Assembly (NCBI GenBank): GCA_030528715.1
Contig: JAUMYJ010000004.1
Span: 3,095 to 67,094 of the forward strand
DNA: 64,000 nt
Source: Bacteroidales bacterium
Lineage (GTDB): Bacteria > Bacteroidota > Bacteroidia > Bacteroidales > Bacteroidaceae
Reading direction: 5' to 3'
Shown: in pieces, positions 29,180-39,901 of the stretch
Position numbering within the stretch: position 1 is the first letter of the stretch
Layout of the letters: each line of letters starts with the position of its first letter
Notes under the pieces: model-generated
Seen by the model: the letters and a program-made list of their open reading frames with translations, nothing else
Told to the model about the DNA's origin: nothing
Databases searched by the model: none
Program-made: the position numbers and the translations under genes

Positions 29180-30976
29180 ATGATGAAAATACTACGCCCT
29201 CTTCTTTTTGCCCTTATGATGTGTGCCATGCATGGGCAGTATGCCTATGCGCAGCGTCTAATGCGCTTATTTACCCTCGCGGATAGCACTATGACACTGG
29301 CTTACTTAACAGATGTACCCACGACGTGGAAAGGCCATGCGGTAACACATAGTGAGTTTGTTAGCTCTGGTACTGCTGTACACCATATCATGGGGTATCT
29401 AGCCAAGCGTGCGGTAATAGACCCTTCTGTAGCAGCCTATACGCCTACGAGCCTAAATAGGCTTTTTGCACTCTCTTATACGCTAGAACATATTGAGGGA
29501 CTGCAACACCTCAATACCTCTCAGGTAGTGGATTTTAGCGAGATGTTTTATCGCTGTGACAATCTCGTAGCGCTAGATTTGTCTACATTTGATACGCGTC
29601 AAGCCCAGCAAATGGTAGGTATGTTTTGGAATTGTGCTAGCCTAGAAACGCTTGATGTATCTAGTTTTAATACTAGTCAAGTGACCGACTTTACCGCTTT
29701 GTTTAATGGCTGTAAGAGTTTGAAAACGCTAGAACTAACTCACTTCGACACACGCTCTGCCACGAGTATGGCGGGTATGTTTTTGGGCTGTAGCAGTTTA
29801 GAGCAACTAAATTTAGAGCGTTTTAATACAGCACAAGTGACGACTCTGTCGGGTATGTTTTCAGGTTGTACAGGTTTGAATCAGATTGATTTATCTGCTT
29901 TTCAAACAGAGCGTGTACACGATTTTTCATATTTGTTTTTCAATTGTGGTCGCCTTACCTCGATTGATTTGTCGCACTTTAATACTAGCCAAGCGCGTAT
30001 CTTTGATAGTATGTTTTCTGGCTGTACAAGCTTATCTACGCTCTCGCTCAATGCGTTTGATGGTAGCTCGCTTATCTCGGCTGATGGCATGCTTAATAAT
30101 ACACCATCGCTAGCCTATGTTGATATGAGGCTTTCAAGTAATTTTAGTGATAGCAAAATCAAACTTATAGTAGAAAGTCGTACAAATCTGTACACGCTCC
30201 TTTATTTGCCTGAGAATGTCACACTGCAAGGTGAGAATATCGTAAATACGAGTTCAGACCATTTCGTAAGTGCTGCCTATCGTGTGAATAATGCCGTAGA
30301 AAGGCTCGATATCCCTTATGCTTTTACAGCGCAGCGCGTGATAAACAATCGTATCATTAGTCTTCAGCCTCATCAAGCTGATACGTGGTACATGCCCTAT
30401 ACGCTACCATTACCAGCTGGGCTCAAAGCCTATGAGTTTGCTAGTGCTAACACCAATGAGGGCATTGTGACCTTTGTTGCCTCAAACGATACCGAGTTGC
30501 TAGCTCAAAAGCCTTATGTTGTGGTAGCTTCTGTTGATCGCGTATTTACATCTACTCAGGGAGATACACCAAGTGAGGTACCCGTTTGTACGCCTGGTAT
30601 GGAGACTATCGCAGGCACGTCTGATGGTATTAGCTTTTTGGGCATTTCTCATAAATATACGTCTGCATTGGCTGCATATTCGGGTTTCTATGCCTTGGTA
30701 GATACCGCATGGCAATCGCATGTGACACTGAAAACAGAAGCACCTGCTATGCGTGCCTATTTGCGTGCCACAACACCTGCTGCACGTATGATACCAACTT
30801 ATCACTTTGCTGGTGTAGACGAGGTAACGCATATTCGTGCTATTGAGCTGCGAGATAGTGTAGGGGCTACCGATAGCCGCATTTACGACCTTAATGGCCG
30901 TTATCTTGGGACGCGTCGTGAAATGCTGCGTAGTGGTACTTATATCATTAATGGTAAGAAAGTGTCGCTACCTTAG
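29180..30976 (+). CDS. BspA-like leucine-rich-repeat (about 26-residue) surface protein with T9SS CTD
   Basis: About 8 repeats of LDLSxFDTxxVxxMxxMFxxCxSL; C-terminal IYDLNGR...YIINGKKV; promoter TAACTTTG at 29149-56. Confidence 0.85.
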   Translation: MMKILRPLLFALMMCAMHGQYAYAQRLMRLFTLADSTMTLAYLTDVPTTWKGHAVTHSEFVSSGTAVHHIMGYLAKRAVIDPSVAAYTPTSLNRLFALSYTLEHIEGLQHLNTSQVVDFSEMFYRCDNLVALDLSTFDTRQAQQMVGMFWNCASLETLDVSSFNTSQVTDFTALFNGCKSLKTLELTHFDTRSATSMAGMFLGCSSLEQLNLERFNTAQVTTLSGMFSGCTGLNQIDLSAFQTERVHDFSYLFFNCGRLTSIDLSHFNTSQARIFDSMFSGCTSLSTLSLNAFDGSSLISADGMLNNTPSLAYVDMRLSSNFSDSKIKLIVESRTNLYTLLYLPENVTLQGENIVNTSSDHFVSAAYRVNNAVERLDIPYAFTAQRVINNRIISLQPHQADTWYMPYTLPLPAGLKAYEFASANTNEGIVTFVASNDTELLAQKPYVVVASVDRVFTSTQGDTPSEVPVCTPGMETIAGTSDGISFLGISHKYTSALAAYSGFYALVDTAWQSHVTLKTEAPAMRAYLRATTPAARMIPTYHFAGVDEVTHIRAIELRDSVGATDSRIYDLNGRYLGTRREMLRSGTYIINGKKVSLP

Positions 30977-30998
30977 CATAACCTAGCATATTTGTAAT

Positions 30999-31044
30999 AA
31001 GACGTCTGTGTTTAGAGCTTGAGTCTTAGATGCAGATGTCTTTT
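30999..31044 (+). terminator. Intrinsic terminator
   Basis: aagacgtctgtgtttaga...tagatgcagatgtctttt imperfect stem with T-run. Confidence 0.65.
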
Positions 31045-31047
31045 GTT

Positions 31048-31131
31048 GTACAAGGCACGTTATACAACTGTATAACGTGCCTTGTACTGCTGTATAATGG
31101 GCGTTATATGGCTGTCTAATGTTCGTTAGAC
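31048..31131. repeat. Four-unit palindrome cassette with 22-bp period (second family, copy A)
   Basis: gtacaaggcacgttatac-aact-gtataacgtgccttgtac-tgct-gtataatgggcgttatat-ggct-gtctaatgttcgttagac; units 1 and 2 are perfect reverse complements. Confidence 0.8.
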
Positions 31132-31229
31132 AGCATTTTGATAGAGAGGATATACAAAGGTGCTACAAACTATCTGCTGTATATGGTGATAGCATACTTG
31201 AGCGTATCATAACTACAAAGATATAAAAC

Positions 31230-31260
31230 AAAAGAAGTCAATAGCAATGCTATTGACTTC
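31230..31260 (-). terminator. Terminator downstream of tRNA-Ser
   Basis: gaagtcaatagca-a-tgctattgacttc, followed by tttt on the - strand. Confidence 0.8.
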
Positions 31261-31264
31261 GATG

Positions 31265-31351
31265 CGGAAGCTACGAGATTCGAACTCGTGGTACGGTAAC
31301 CCGTACGGCAGTTTAGCAAACTGCTGGTTTCAGCCACTCACCCAAACTTCC
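31265..31351 (-). tRNA. tRNA-Ser(GCT)
   Basis: GGAAGTTTGGGTGAGTGGCTGAAACCAGCAGTTTGCTAAACTGCCGTACGGGTTACCGTACCACGAGTTCGAATCTCGTAGCTTCCG: cloverleaf, GCT anticodon, long variable arm, GTTCGAAT T-loop; CCA not encoded. Confidence 0.96.
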
Positions 31352-31411
31352 AAAGTGTTGCATTAGTGGAATATATTATTAAGGCCACTGCCTTACTCCT
31401 CTTTTGCAATG

Positions 31412-31443
31412 CAAATTTACGACTAATTTCTCAAACCTCCAAA
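31412..31443 (-). promoter_or_regulatory. Promoter for tRNA-Ser
   Basis: - strand TTTG-N20-TAAATTTG. Confidence 0.75.
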
Positions 31444-31494
31444 TTTCTACGTGTTTTTTTTAGTGCTAAGCGATGAAAAAGCCTGTCTTGGCTA

Positions 31495-32124
31495 TTATCT
31501 CACGCTTGATAGCGACCCAGTGCGACTGATAAGTGTGTCGGTATAGGTGCTATCAAGGGTAGGGTAGCTGATGTTATGTGCAGTGTCTCGGGGCAAAGTT
31601 GGCGGTGTAGGGTCTATTTCCTTATCTTCTAAGAGCTCGTAGGCTTGTGGCTGTCGGATACCTGGTCGCTGAAAGTAAGGTGTAATCGTGCCAAGGATAA
31701 TAACGCGCTTACGATGTAGGGTAGGATTGGTTTGGAGGTTTAGCTCATGGCGTATGTTACTTGCAGCAGGAAGTGCTATGGGTAGGCATTGTGCTGGCTC
31801 GGTAGATGTTGGGTCATCGGCCAAGATGAGGTTGCTCTGGCTTGTAAATGGTGGGGTAAAAGTTGCTTTGCTTATGCTCGTACCCTCTATACAGCCTACG
31901 ATATACCCTATGACTAGTACCTCTTGCCCGAGTAACTGCTGTGCTGCTGCGATATTATACGTGTGTTGCTGAGGGCTGATGCTTGGCGTGTCTGGCCGAT
32001 GTTGTGGCTTGTTGGTAGCCTTGTTATCTAGCTCTATGCGTTCGCAGCTAGAATATAAGGCTAGGCATAGCATGATACAGCCTATGTATGGTATGAGGCG
32101 GTGGGTAATTGGCATGTGTAGCAT
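31495..32124 (-). CDS. Lipoprotein with OB-fold-like (DUF6359-type) domain
   Basis: Lipobox LYSSC; VIGYIVG...SNLILAD...CLPIALP...LNLQTNP...YF...GIR pattern. Confidence 0.6.
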   Translation of the reverse strand: MLHMPITHRLIPYIGCIMLCLALYSSCERIELDNKATNKPQHRPDTPSISPQQHTYNIAAAQQLLGQEVLVIGYIVGCIEGTSISKATFTPPFTSQSNLILADDPTSTEPAQCLPIALPAASNIRHELNLQTNPTLHRKRVIILGTITPYFQRPGIRQPQAYELLEDKEIDPTPPTLPRDTAHNISYPTLDSTYTDTLISRTGSLSSVR

Positions 32125-32428
32125 TAAGTGTAAATGAGTCGCTCTGTTGGCTACTTGTGTCGTGGCTATGAGATGCTCTCCTAGCTGATTTAGACGTGCT
32201 TAGACCTTCTTATAAAAAATGGATAGTTTGCTCGTGTAGCAAAGTTACAAAAATATTTGTAACCATTCATCTGTCGTGTTATTTACGAGTTCTATCATCG
32301 GGCTATTGCTTGCTGTAATAGCTCATTGTGTATGCGTGCTAGATGCCTTGTTTTAATTAGATATAGATAATTGAGCAAGATTATCCTTATTAGTGGTATC
32401 TTGCTGGTCTTATGATGCGTTTTTTTGC

Positions 32429-32436
32429 TATCTTTG
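32429..32436 (+). promoter_or_regulatory. Candidate -7 element for hisHAFIE
   Basis: TATCTTTG about 75 nt upstream of hisH. Confidence 0.45.
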
Positions 32437-32510
32437 TATTTCTTAGTAGGTGCTCGTTGTTGTGGTGAAATGAGTATGTACGCTAAACTATTTGCTCTCA
32501 AATCTATCTT

Positions 32511-33116
32511 ATGAAAGTAGCTATCGTAAAGTATAATGCAGGTAATATATTTTCTGTTGTTAATGCCCTAAAACGCATAGATGTAGAACCTATTATCACA
32601 GACGACCATCACGTGTTGCGTATGGCTGATTGTGTTATTTTACCTGGACAAGGTTCGGCAGCAACTACCATGGCTGCTTTGCACGATCGAGGGCTAGATA
32701 CTTTGCTCCCACAATTAAAGCAACCTGTTTTGGGTATTTGTGTGGGGCAACAGTTACTTTGTGAGTATAGTGAAGAGGGGAATACGCAATGTCTTGGTAT
32801 TTTTAAGGGTGTGTGTGTTAAACGTTTTGTTGCTTTGAAGCAGACGCACAAAGTACCACACATGGGCTGGAATAACATAGAGCGGTTACATGACCCTCTG
32901 TTTGCTGGTATCCAAGAAGAAGATTTTGTTTACTATATCCATAGCTACTATGCACCAGTGAATGAATATACCATTGCTACGACCCACTATATTGTGCCAT
33001 TTAGCGGTGCTATGCAGCGTGATAACTTTTATGCGACACAATTTCACCCCGAAAAGAGTGGGGACGTGGGGGAGCGTATTTTAAGTAACTTTATAGAGAT
33101 AGCTAAGCAAACATAA
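32511..33116 (+). CDS. hisH: Imidazole glycerol phosphate synthase amidotransferase subunit
   Basis: LGICVGQQLL, VPHMGWN, QFHPEKS. Confidence 0.96.
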   Translation: MKVAIVKYNAGNIFSVVNALKRIDVEPIITDDHHVLRMADCVILPGQGSAATTMAALHDRGLDTLLPQLKQPVLGICVGQQLLCEYSEEGNTQCLGIFKGVCVKRFVALKQTHKVPHMGWNNIERLHDPLFAGIQEEDFVYYIHSYYAPVNEYTIATTHYIVPFSGAMQRDNFYATQFHPEKSGDVGERILSNFIEIAKQT

Positions 33117-33135
33117 CAAATAAGACAAATAAAAG

Positions 33136-33870
33136 ATGTTAGAGCTAATCCCAGCCATTGATATTATTGAGGGTAAGTGTGTACGCCTAAGCAAAGGTGA
33201 CTATAACACTAAGAAAGTGTATAATGAAGACCCCGTAGCCGTAGCATATGAGTTTGCACAGCATGGCTTCAAACGCTTGCATTTAGTGGATCTTGATGGT
33301 GCTAAGTCTAAGCATATCGTCAATCATCGTGTCTTGCATGCGATTGCTACGACAACGGATTTAACGATCGATTTTGGAGGAGGTATTAAGAGCGATGAAG
33401 ACTTACGTATCGCTTTCGACTCAGGTGCCTCTATGGCTACAGTGGGGAGCTTAGCGGTAACTCAGCCCGATGTGTTTTTAACTTGGGTACACGAGTTTGG
33501 TAAAGAGCGCATGATACTTGGTGCCGATGCTAGGGAGGGCAAAGTGAGTATCAATGGCTGGCAAGAACAGTCTGATGTGATGCTGATTGATTTTTTGCAA
33601 AGCTATTGGGAGCGTGGTGTTACTAAGGTTTTGTGTACGGACATAAACCGTGATGGAATGCTTGGCGGACCAGCTATCGAACTCTATCAAGAGATAATGG
33701 CTGCTAATAATGACTGCTACCTTATCGCTAGCGGTGGGGTGAGTGCTATGAGTGACCTTAAAGCACTTTATGAAGCAGGTATTCCTGCCGTTGTGTTGGG
33801 TAAGGCCATCTACGAAGGGTGTATAGATTTAGATACATTGGCACTTTGGAACGAACAACAGACTAAATAA
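33136..33870 (+). CDS. hisA: ProFAR isomerase
   Basis: [38 protein letters not shown]. Confidence 0.96.
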   Translation: MLELIPAIDIIEGKCVRLSKGDYNTKKVYNEDPVAVAYEFAQHGFKRLHLVDLDGAKSKHIVNHRVLHAIATTTDLTIDFGGGIKSDEDLRIAFDSGASMATVGSLAVTQPDVFLTWVHEFGKERMILGADAREGKVSINGWQEQSDVMLIDFLQSYWERGVTKVLCTDINRDGMLGGPAIELYQEIMAANNDCYLIASGGVSAMSDLKALYEAGIPAVVLGKAIYEGCIDLDTLALWNEQQTK

Positions 33871-33875
33871 CACTT

Positions 33876-34637
33876 ATGAGTTTAGCAAAGCGTATCATTC
33901 CTTGTCTAGATATGAAAGACGGGCAGATTGTAAAGGGCACTAATTTTGTAGACCTACGTAAAGCTGGTGACCCCGTGGAGTTAGCATGTGCCTATGATGA
34001 ACAGGGGGCAGATGAGTTGGTCTTACTCGATATTACAGCTAGCCATGAGAGACGTAAAACTTTCGTAGAAAAGGTAGAGCAAGTGGCCAAGCATGTATCT
34101 ATCCCTTTTACCGTGGGAGGAGGTATCAATGACCTGGTCGATGTAGAGCGTATGCTCTTGGTAGGTGCAGATAAGGTGAGTATTAACTCATCAGCACTTC
34201 GTCGGCCAGAGTTTGTGCGGGATATTACACAACATTTTGGCTCTCAGGTGTGTGTTGTAGCTATTGACGCTAAGCAAGACGAGAGTGGTGTATGGCGTTG
34301 TTACCTTAATGGAGGGCGTGTTAAGACGGACTATACACTTTTTGAATGGGCCAGGCAAGTAGAAGATTTGGGTGCTGGCGAAATACTTTTTACGAGTATA
34401 GAGCATGATGGAATGAAGCAAGGGTATGCTAACGAGGCCTTAGCACAATTAGCTGCATGTGTTAATGTACCTATCATAGCTTCTGGAGGTTGTGGTAGGA
34501 GGGAGCATTTTAAAGAGGCTTTCGAGCTAGGGAAAGCCGATGCTGCATTGGCAGCTAGTGTGTTTCACTATGGCGAAATAGCTATTCCTCACCTTAAAAC
34601 TTATCTTCATGCACATGATATACATGTGAGATTATAG
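33876..34637 (+). CDS. hisF: Imidazole glycerol phosphate synthase cyclase subunit
   Basis: [31 protein letters not shown]. Confidence 0.97.
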   Translation: MSLAKRIIPCLDMKDGQIVKGTNFVDLRKAGDPVELACAYDEQGADELVLLDITASHERRKTFVEKVEQVAKHVSIPFTVGGGINDLVDVERMLLVGADKVSINSSALRRPEFVRDITQHFGSQVCVVAIDAKQDESGVWRCYLNGGRVKTDYTLFEWARQVEDLGAGEILFTSIEHDGMKQGYANEALAQLAACVNVPIIASGGCGRREHFKEAFELGKADAALAASVFHYGEIAIPHLKTYLHAHDIHVRL

Positions 34638-34657
34638 ATAAATTATATCCTAAGAAT

Positions 34658-35272
34658 ATGAACATTGATTTTACGAAAGGCGAGGGCTTGGTGCCCGCCA
34701 TTATCCAAGATGCTTATACAAAACAAGTGCTGATGCTAGGCTATATGAATGCAGAGGCCTATAATAAAACGGTTAGTACGAAATACGTCACTTTTTATAG
34801 TCGCTCACGTCAAAGCCTTTGGATCAAAGGTGAAACGAGTGGGAATAAACTTGAAGTCATAGACATCAAAAATGATTGTGATAACGACAGTCTACTTATT
34901 GCGGTGAGACCTACTGGCCCAACTTGTCATACGGGTACTGATACGTGTTGGGGTGAGACGTATGAGCGCAATGCAATACTCTTTTTGAGCGAGCTGCAAG
35001 ACTTTATTGATAAACGTTGTGCAGAAATGCCTAAGGGCTCGTATACTACGAGCTTATTTCGTGAGGGCATCAATAAGATTGCGCAAAAAGTAGGGGAAGA
35101 AGCGCTCGAAACCATCATCGAAGCGTGTAATGGCAGTAAGGAGCGTTTGGTATATGAAGGAGCGGATTTGCTTTACCATCTTATCGTGATGCTTAGTGCT
35201 AAGGGCATGCGTATCGAGGAGCTTGTGGAAGAACTCTACAAACGTCACGAACCAGGCTGGCAAAAACACTAA
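34658..35272 (+). CDS. hisIE: Bifunctional phosphoribosyl-AMP cyclohydrolase / phosphoribosyl-ATP pyrophosphatase
   Basis: WIKGETSGN, DCDNDSLL, PTCHTG, KVGEEA, ADLLYH. Confidence 0.96.
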   Translation: MNIDFTKGEGLVPAIIQDAYTKQVLMLGYMNAEAYNKTVSTKYVTFYSRSRQSLWIKGETSGNKLEVIDIKNDCDNDSLLIAVRPTGPTCHTGTDTCWGETYERNAILFLSELQDFIDKRCAEMPKGSYTTSLFREGINKIAQKVGEEALETIIEACNGSKERLVYEGADLLYHLIVMLSAKGMRIEELVEELYKRHEPGWQKH

Positions 35273-35354
35273 ATATTTGCAAAGTAACAATCTTAGTCTC
35301 CCAAAGACCCATGTGTTTTTGAGAGTGTATTACGATGAGCTTGCTAGTATTATG

Positions 35355-35397
35355 GCGGTAGGGCTACTCTCATAATTAATGAGAGTAGCCCTACCGC
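35355..35397. terminator. Perfect 19-bp hairpin between convergent his blocks
   Basis: gcggtagggctactctcat-aatta-atgagagtagccctaccgc. Confidence 0.75.
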
Positions 35398-35429
35398 TTG
35401 GCTGCTTGCTTAATTAGCTGTAAATGTGA

Positions 35430-36497
35430 TTATAATTGTCCTTTGCTTGAAGGTAGCTGTAAGTGGTTAATATCACGGCGAATAGCCATTTTAAGTGCGC
35501 GAGCAAAGGCTTTGAAGATGCTTTCGATTTTGTGGTGTTCATTTTGTCCTTCGGCTCGTATGTTGAGGTTCATAAGAGCACTATCACTTAGGCTTTTGAA
35601 GAAATGTAGAAACATTTCAGTGGGCATTCCACCTATCATCTCACGATAGAAGTTTGCTTCCCATACGAGCCATGGTCGTCCACCGAAGTCAAGTGATAGC
35701 TGGCATTGGCAGTCGTCCATTGGGAGTGAATAGCCATAACGCTCAATGCCTAGCTTGTTGCCGATAGCTTCTCGTAAGCATTGGCCTAGGCTAATTGCAG
35801 TGTCTTCGATGGTATGATGCTCATCTATGTGTAGGTCACCATTAACCTTGATATTAAGGTCAATGAGGCTGTGGTGAGCAATTTGGTCAAGCATATGGTC
35901 GAAAAATGGGATACCAGTATCAATGGTACTTTGGCCAGTGCCATCAAGATTGAGACTTACAACGATATCAGTTTCTTTGGTCTGGCGGTGTATCTGTGCT
36001 TGGCGGCCACCAGCGATGATTATGGTGGCGATTTTATCCCATGTCATATACTTCCCGATTTGTAGTCCCTTAGCACCTAGATTTTTAGCCAGAGCAAGAT
36101 CTGTTAGCCGATCGCCTATGACGTAAGAGTTTGCTAAATCATATCCCTCCGTCATATAGTGTGTCAACATAGCCGTACCTGGCTTTCTTGTTGGCTTATT
36201 TTCGTGTTCAAATGAGCGATCAATAAATGAAGCGTCGAATGTGATACCTTCATCTTTGAGTATTTGGAGCATGAGGTTATGTGCAGGCCAAAAAGTTTCT
36301 TCGGGGAAAGAGGGCGTGCCAAGCCCATCTTGGTTGCTCACGAGTACAAGCTCATAATCGGTCTTTTGACGAATGGCATGAAGGGCGCGTATTACACCAG
36401 GTAGGAAGCGTAGTTTTTCGTAACTATCTATCTGGAAATCAGATGGCTCATGAATGAGTGTGCCATCTCGGTCTATAAAGAGTACTTTTTTTTTCAT
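35430..36497 (-). CDS. hisB: Bifunctional histidinol-phosphatase / IGP dehydratase
   Basis: [11 protein letters not shown] domain plus [23 protein letters not shown]. Confidence 0.96.
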   Translation of the reverse strand: MKKKVLFIDRDGTLIHEPSDFQIDSYEKLRFLPGVIRALHAIRQKTDYELVLVSNQDGLGTPSFPEETFWPAHNLMLQILKDEGITFDASFIDRSFEHENKPTRKPGTAMLTHYMTEGYDLANSYVIGDRLTDLALAKNLGAKGLQIGKYMTWDKIATIIIAGGRQAQIHRQTKETDIVVSLNLDGTGQSTIDTGIPFFDHMLDQIAHHSLIDLNIKVNGDLHIDEHHTIEDTAISLGQCLREAIGNKLGIERYGYSLPMDDCQCQLSLDFGGRPWLVWEANFYREMIGGMPTEMFLHFFKSLSDSALMNLNIRAEGQNEHHKIESIFKAFARALKMAIRRDINHLQLPSSKGQL

Positions 36498-36512
36498 AAT
36501 GCTATGGGAGGG

Positions 36513-37522
36513 TTAGGCCTTATAGCGACGTAAGGCAGAAAGCAGCATGTTGTTTTCCTCTGTATTGCCTATCGTAATACGTAAGCAGTTTTCACAGAGT
36601 ATGATATTAGAACGATTACGTACGATGATACCTTGGCTGACAAGATAGTCGTAGACGTGCGTAGCATTATTCATTCGCGCTAGAAAGAAGTTGGCTTCGC
36701 TTGGAAACACTTTCTCACAAAATGGAAGATCAGCTACGGCGTGCATCAAATGCTTACGTTCAATGATAGTTCGCTTAATCCACTGCTCTATCTCTGTGGT
36801 GCGTGTGAGGAGGTCTAGCGCATAGCGTTGGGTAAGTCCATTAACGTTGTATGGGTATTTAACTTTATTGAATAGCGATATGATAGCCTCGCTTGCCATA
36901 GCCATACCTAAGCGGATACCAGCCGCTCCCCATGCCTTAGAGAAGGTGTGGAGTATGATGAGATTAGGGCAATGAGCCAATACTTTGAGGTAGGACGCTT
37001 GTGTGGCAAAATCAATGTAAGCTTCATCAATGACCACGATACCTTCAAACTCGCTTACGAGACGTAATACTTGCTGTCTGAGCAGAGAAAGATAGCTTTG
37101 GTATTTGTATCACAAGCTTCTAATATGGTGTCGGCCTCAATTTGAAAGTTGGTATTAAGTTGTACACTGCGACAGGGTACATTGTTGATGTCGGCACATA
37201 CTTGGTACATTCCATACGAGGGGGCAATCGTTACTACATTATCTATGCTGGGCTCACAAAAAGTGCGAAATACGAGGTCTATGGCTTCATCGCTACCATT
37301 GCCCACAAAAATGTTGGACACAGGTACGTGTTTTATATGGCCGATAGCTTCTTTTAGTTCCCGTTGTAGTGGGTCAGGATATCTGTTGTTAGGCGTATTG
37401 TAAGGACTTTCATTGGCATCAAGAAATACTGAGGCTTTATGTCCGCTATATTCATCACGTGCTGAGCTATAAGGCTTTAAAGACCAAATGCTAGGACGAA
37501 CAAGTTGTTTTAGCTCTTTCAT
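36513..37522 (-). pseudogene. hisC: Histidinol-phosphate aminotransferase disrupted by a frameshifting internal deletion
   Basis: N-half MKELKQ...LDANE...GNGSDEAID...KAIFLCS runs into TAA at 37055-57; another frame resumes [21 protein letters not shown]...TFSKAWG at about 37079; PNNPTG motif absent. Confidence 0.85.
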
Positions 37523-37535
37523 AGATGGTAGGGAT

Positions 37536-38822
37536 TTATTTGTAAATACTATCCATACGTATTTGCATGGCAATGCGGTGTGCATCTAATTGCTCTGCTT
37601 TTGCCATAGCTACGACGGTGGGGCCTATTTGGCACACACCAGTAGCAGTGAGATGCTGGTAGGTTATTTTTTTACAAAAGCTGTCAAGTGACAGTCCACT
37701 ATATGCCCTAGCATAGCCGTTGGTTGGTAATGTGTGGTTGGTACCTGAGGCATAGTCACCTGCGCTCTCGCAGCTATATTTACCTAAGAATACAGAGCCA
37801 GCGTGCTGTACACCTTCTATGACATATTCGTAATCGTCCGTAGCTACTACGAGATGTTCGGGAGCATAGGTGTTGGTTAAGTCAAGAATGTCTTGACGAC
37901 TCTTTACTAAAATAAGCAGACTATGTTCAAGAGCTTTACGAGCGATTTCGGCGCGTGGTAGTATAGCCAATTGTTTTTCAACCTCTTCGGCTACGTCATA
38001 TAATAACTTTTCGTCATTGGTCACGAGTATGGCTTGACTATCAGCTCCATGTTCAGCTTGGCTCAAGAGATCGGCCGCTACAAAGTCGGCACGACTCGTA
38101 CTATCTGCTATTACCTCAACTTCGCTTGGGCCAGCTGGCATATCAATAGCTACGCCTGAGAGGGCAACAAGCTGCTTCGCAGCAGTAACAAACTGATTGC
38201 CTGGGCCAAAAATTTTGTCTACACGTGGTATCGTCTCTGTTCCCTTAGCCATAGCTGCGATAGCTTGTGCACCGCCAACTTTGAATATTTTGCTCACGCC
38301 CGCTATCTGAGCTGCATAGAGGATTGCAGGGTGTATCGTACCTAATTGAGTGGGGGGGGTACACAATATTACTTCATTACACCCCGCTATTTTAGCGGGT
38401 GTAGCTAGCATTAGTACTGTGCTAAATAGTGGGGCACTGCCTCCTGGGATATATAAGCCTACACGCTCAATGGGTTTAGCCATCTGCCAACAGCGTACAC
38501 CAAGTAGGGTCTCTACTTCTATTGGCTTAAAGCGTTGGGCATCGTGAAAACGATAAATGTTGTCATGTGCACTTCGGATAGCCCTTTTAAGTTCTTCATC
38601 AAGGGCTGTTTCAGCATCAAGTAGCTCCTCTTTACTAACTTGTAGTGCTTCAATACATACTCTATCAAAGCGTTTGTTAAAGGTACGTAGTGCTTCATCA
38701 CCATGTGTCTCTACTTCGGCTATGATTGGCTGTACGATGTTAAAGAGTTGAGAGACATCTATCGTAGGGCGTTGTAGAAGCTGTACCCATGTGTCACGTG
38801 AGGGGTATTTTACGATTTGCAT
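37536..38822 (-). CDS. hisD: Histidinol dehydrogenase
   Basis: [40 protein letters not shown]. Confidence 0.97.
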   Translation of the reverse strand: MQIVKYPSRDTWVQLLQRPTIDVSQLFNIVQPIIAEVETHGDEALRTFNKRFDRVCIEALQVSKEELLDAETALDEELKRAIRSAHDNIYRFHDAQRFKPIEVETLLGVRCWQMAKPIERVGLYIPGGSAPLFSTVLMLATPAKIAGCNEVILCTPPTQLGTIHPAILYAAQIAGVSKIFKVGGAQAIAAMAKGTETIPRVDKIFGPGNQFVTAAKQLVALSGVAIDMPAGPSEVEVIADSTSRADFVAADLLSQAEHGADSQAILVTNDEKLLYDVAEEVEKQLAILPRAEIARKALEHSLLILVKSRQDILDLTNTYAPEHLVVATDDYEYVIEGVQHAGSVFLGKYSCESAGDYASGTNHTLPTNGYARAYSGLSLDSFCKKITYQHLTATGVCQIGPTVVAMAKAEQLDAHRIAMQIRMDSIYK

Positions 38823-38833
38823 AACGCTGTATA

Positions 38834-39685
38834 TTAGGGGATAATCTTTTCAATAGGCAATACTAATATGCCTTCTGCACCATTTTGTTTGAGTTTCCCG
38901 ATAATTTCCCATAATGATGCCTCCCCAATTACAGTGTGAACGCTACACCAGTTTGGGTCGGCTAGTGGCATTATCGTAGGGCTTTTTATACCTGGGAGGG
39001 CTGCCGTGATAGCCTCTACGCTGTTTTTAGGAGCATTCATCATGATATAGCGTTTATCCTCTGCTGCTTCTACGGCAGCAATGCGAAACAATAGCTCGTC
39101 TAGGATCTCTTGTTTATAACCACTCATGGTGGGATTAGCTACCAATACCGCCTCGCTTTCCATAACTACCTCTACCTCTTTAAGATTGTTGCTTACGAGT
39201 GTAGAGCCCGAGCTGACAATATCAAAAATAGCATCACTCAACCCTATACCTGGTGCTATCTCTACCGAACCCGTTATGATATGAATATCTGCGTGTACAC
39301 CTTGCTTAGCTAGATATTCTGATAATATTGTAGGGTATGATGTGGCAATTTTTTTTCCTTCAAACCATTGAGGGCCTGGGTAGTTTACAGCTTTGGGTAA
39401 TGCTAAGGATAGGCGGCATTTACTAAATCCGAGATATTTTATCACCTTAGCATACGATTGCTTTTCAGCATATTCGTTAAGCCCTACTATCCCTAAGTCT
39501 GCTATACCATCAGCAACAGTATTAGGAATATCGTCATCACGAAGGAAAAGGATTTCTAGTGGGAAATTCTTGGCTTGTGTAAGTAGTGTGCGTTTTGATA
39601 CACTTACTTTGATACCAGCCTCGGCAAATAGTGTCATTGTGTCTTCAAAAAGGCGTCCTTTTGCCTGTACTGCAATTCTCAACAT
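38834..39685 (-). CDS. hisG: ATP phosphoribosyltransferase (long form)
   Basis: LRIAVQAKGRL, RDDDIP, GSVEIAPGIGLSDAIFDIVSSGSTL. Confidence 0.97.
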   Translation of the reverse strand: MLRIAVQAKGRLFEDTMTLFAEAGIKVSVSKRTLLTQAKNFPLEILFLRDDDIPNTVADGIADLGIVGLNEYAEKQSYAKVIKYLGFSKCRLSLALPKAVNYPGPQWFEGKKIATSYPTILSEYLAKQGVHADIHIITGSVEIAPGIGLSDAIFDIVSSGSTLVSNNLKEVEVVMESEAVLVANPTMSGYKQEILDELLFRIAAVEAAEDKRYIMMNAPKNSVEAITAALPGIKSPTIMPLADPNWCSVHTVIGEASLWEIIGKLKQNGAEGILVLPIEKIIP

Positions 39686-39733
39686 TGTCTGGTCTATTTT
39701 GATTGGTTTATAAATCCTTATAGCTTATAATCA

Positions 39734-39768
39734 ACAATAGGCTTACTCATTGCGAGTAAGCCTATTGT
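39734..39768 (-). terminator. Attenuator terminator hairpin upstream of hisG
   Basis: Perfect 15-bp stem acaataggcttactc / gagtaagcctattgt between leader ORF and hisG. Confidence 0.8.
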
Positions 39769-39807
39769 GTATTTTCTGGTGTGTGACATATACCTCATCT
39801 CAGTGTA

Positions 39808-39882
39808 TCATACAGCAAACTTGCCTACTCGGTAGCCGAATGGGTCATGTGTATGATGGAAAATGATATTGTAGAGTGGCAT
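39808..39882 (-). CDS. hisL: His operon leader peptide MPLYNIIFHHTHDPFGYRVGKFAV
   Basis: 24-codon ORF with CAT CAT ACA CAT, between a consensus promoter and the terminator hairpin. Confidence 0.75.
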   Translation of the reverse strand: MPLYNIIFHHTHDPFGYRVGKFAV

Positions 39883-39901
39883 AAAGTGTGATTTTATAGG
39901 G

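Noticed and set aside
29180-31351. Genomic island integrated at tRNA-Ser
   Set aside because: No integrase and no duplicated tRNA 3' end noticed in the window
32295-32501. 68-aa ORF upstream of hisH on the - strand
   Set aside because: AT-rich divergent promoter region, TTG start, no recognisable features
37055-37085. Programmed ribosomal frameshift in hisC
   Set aside because: No slippery site at the junction, and the essential PNNPTG codons are missing in all frames
38352-38359. G8 tract in hisD (and G7 at 806-812) as phase-variation switches
   Set aside because: Short; the hisD tract is in frame and encodes the expected TPP motif
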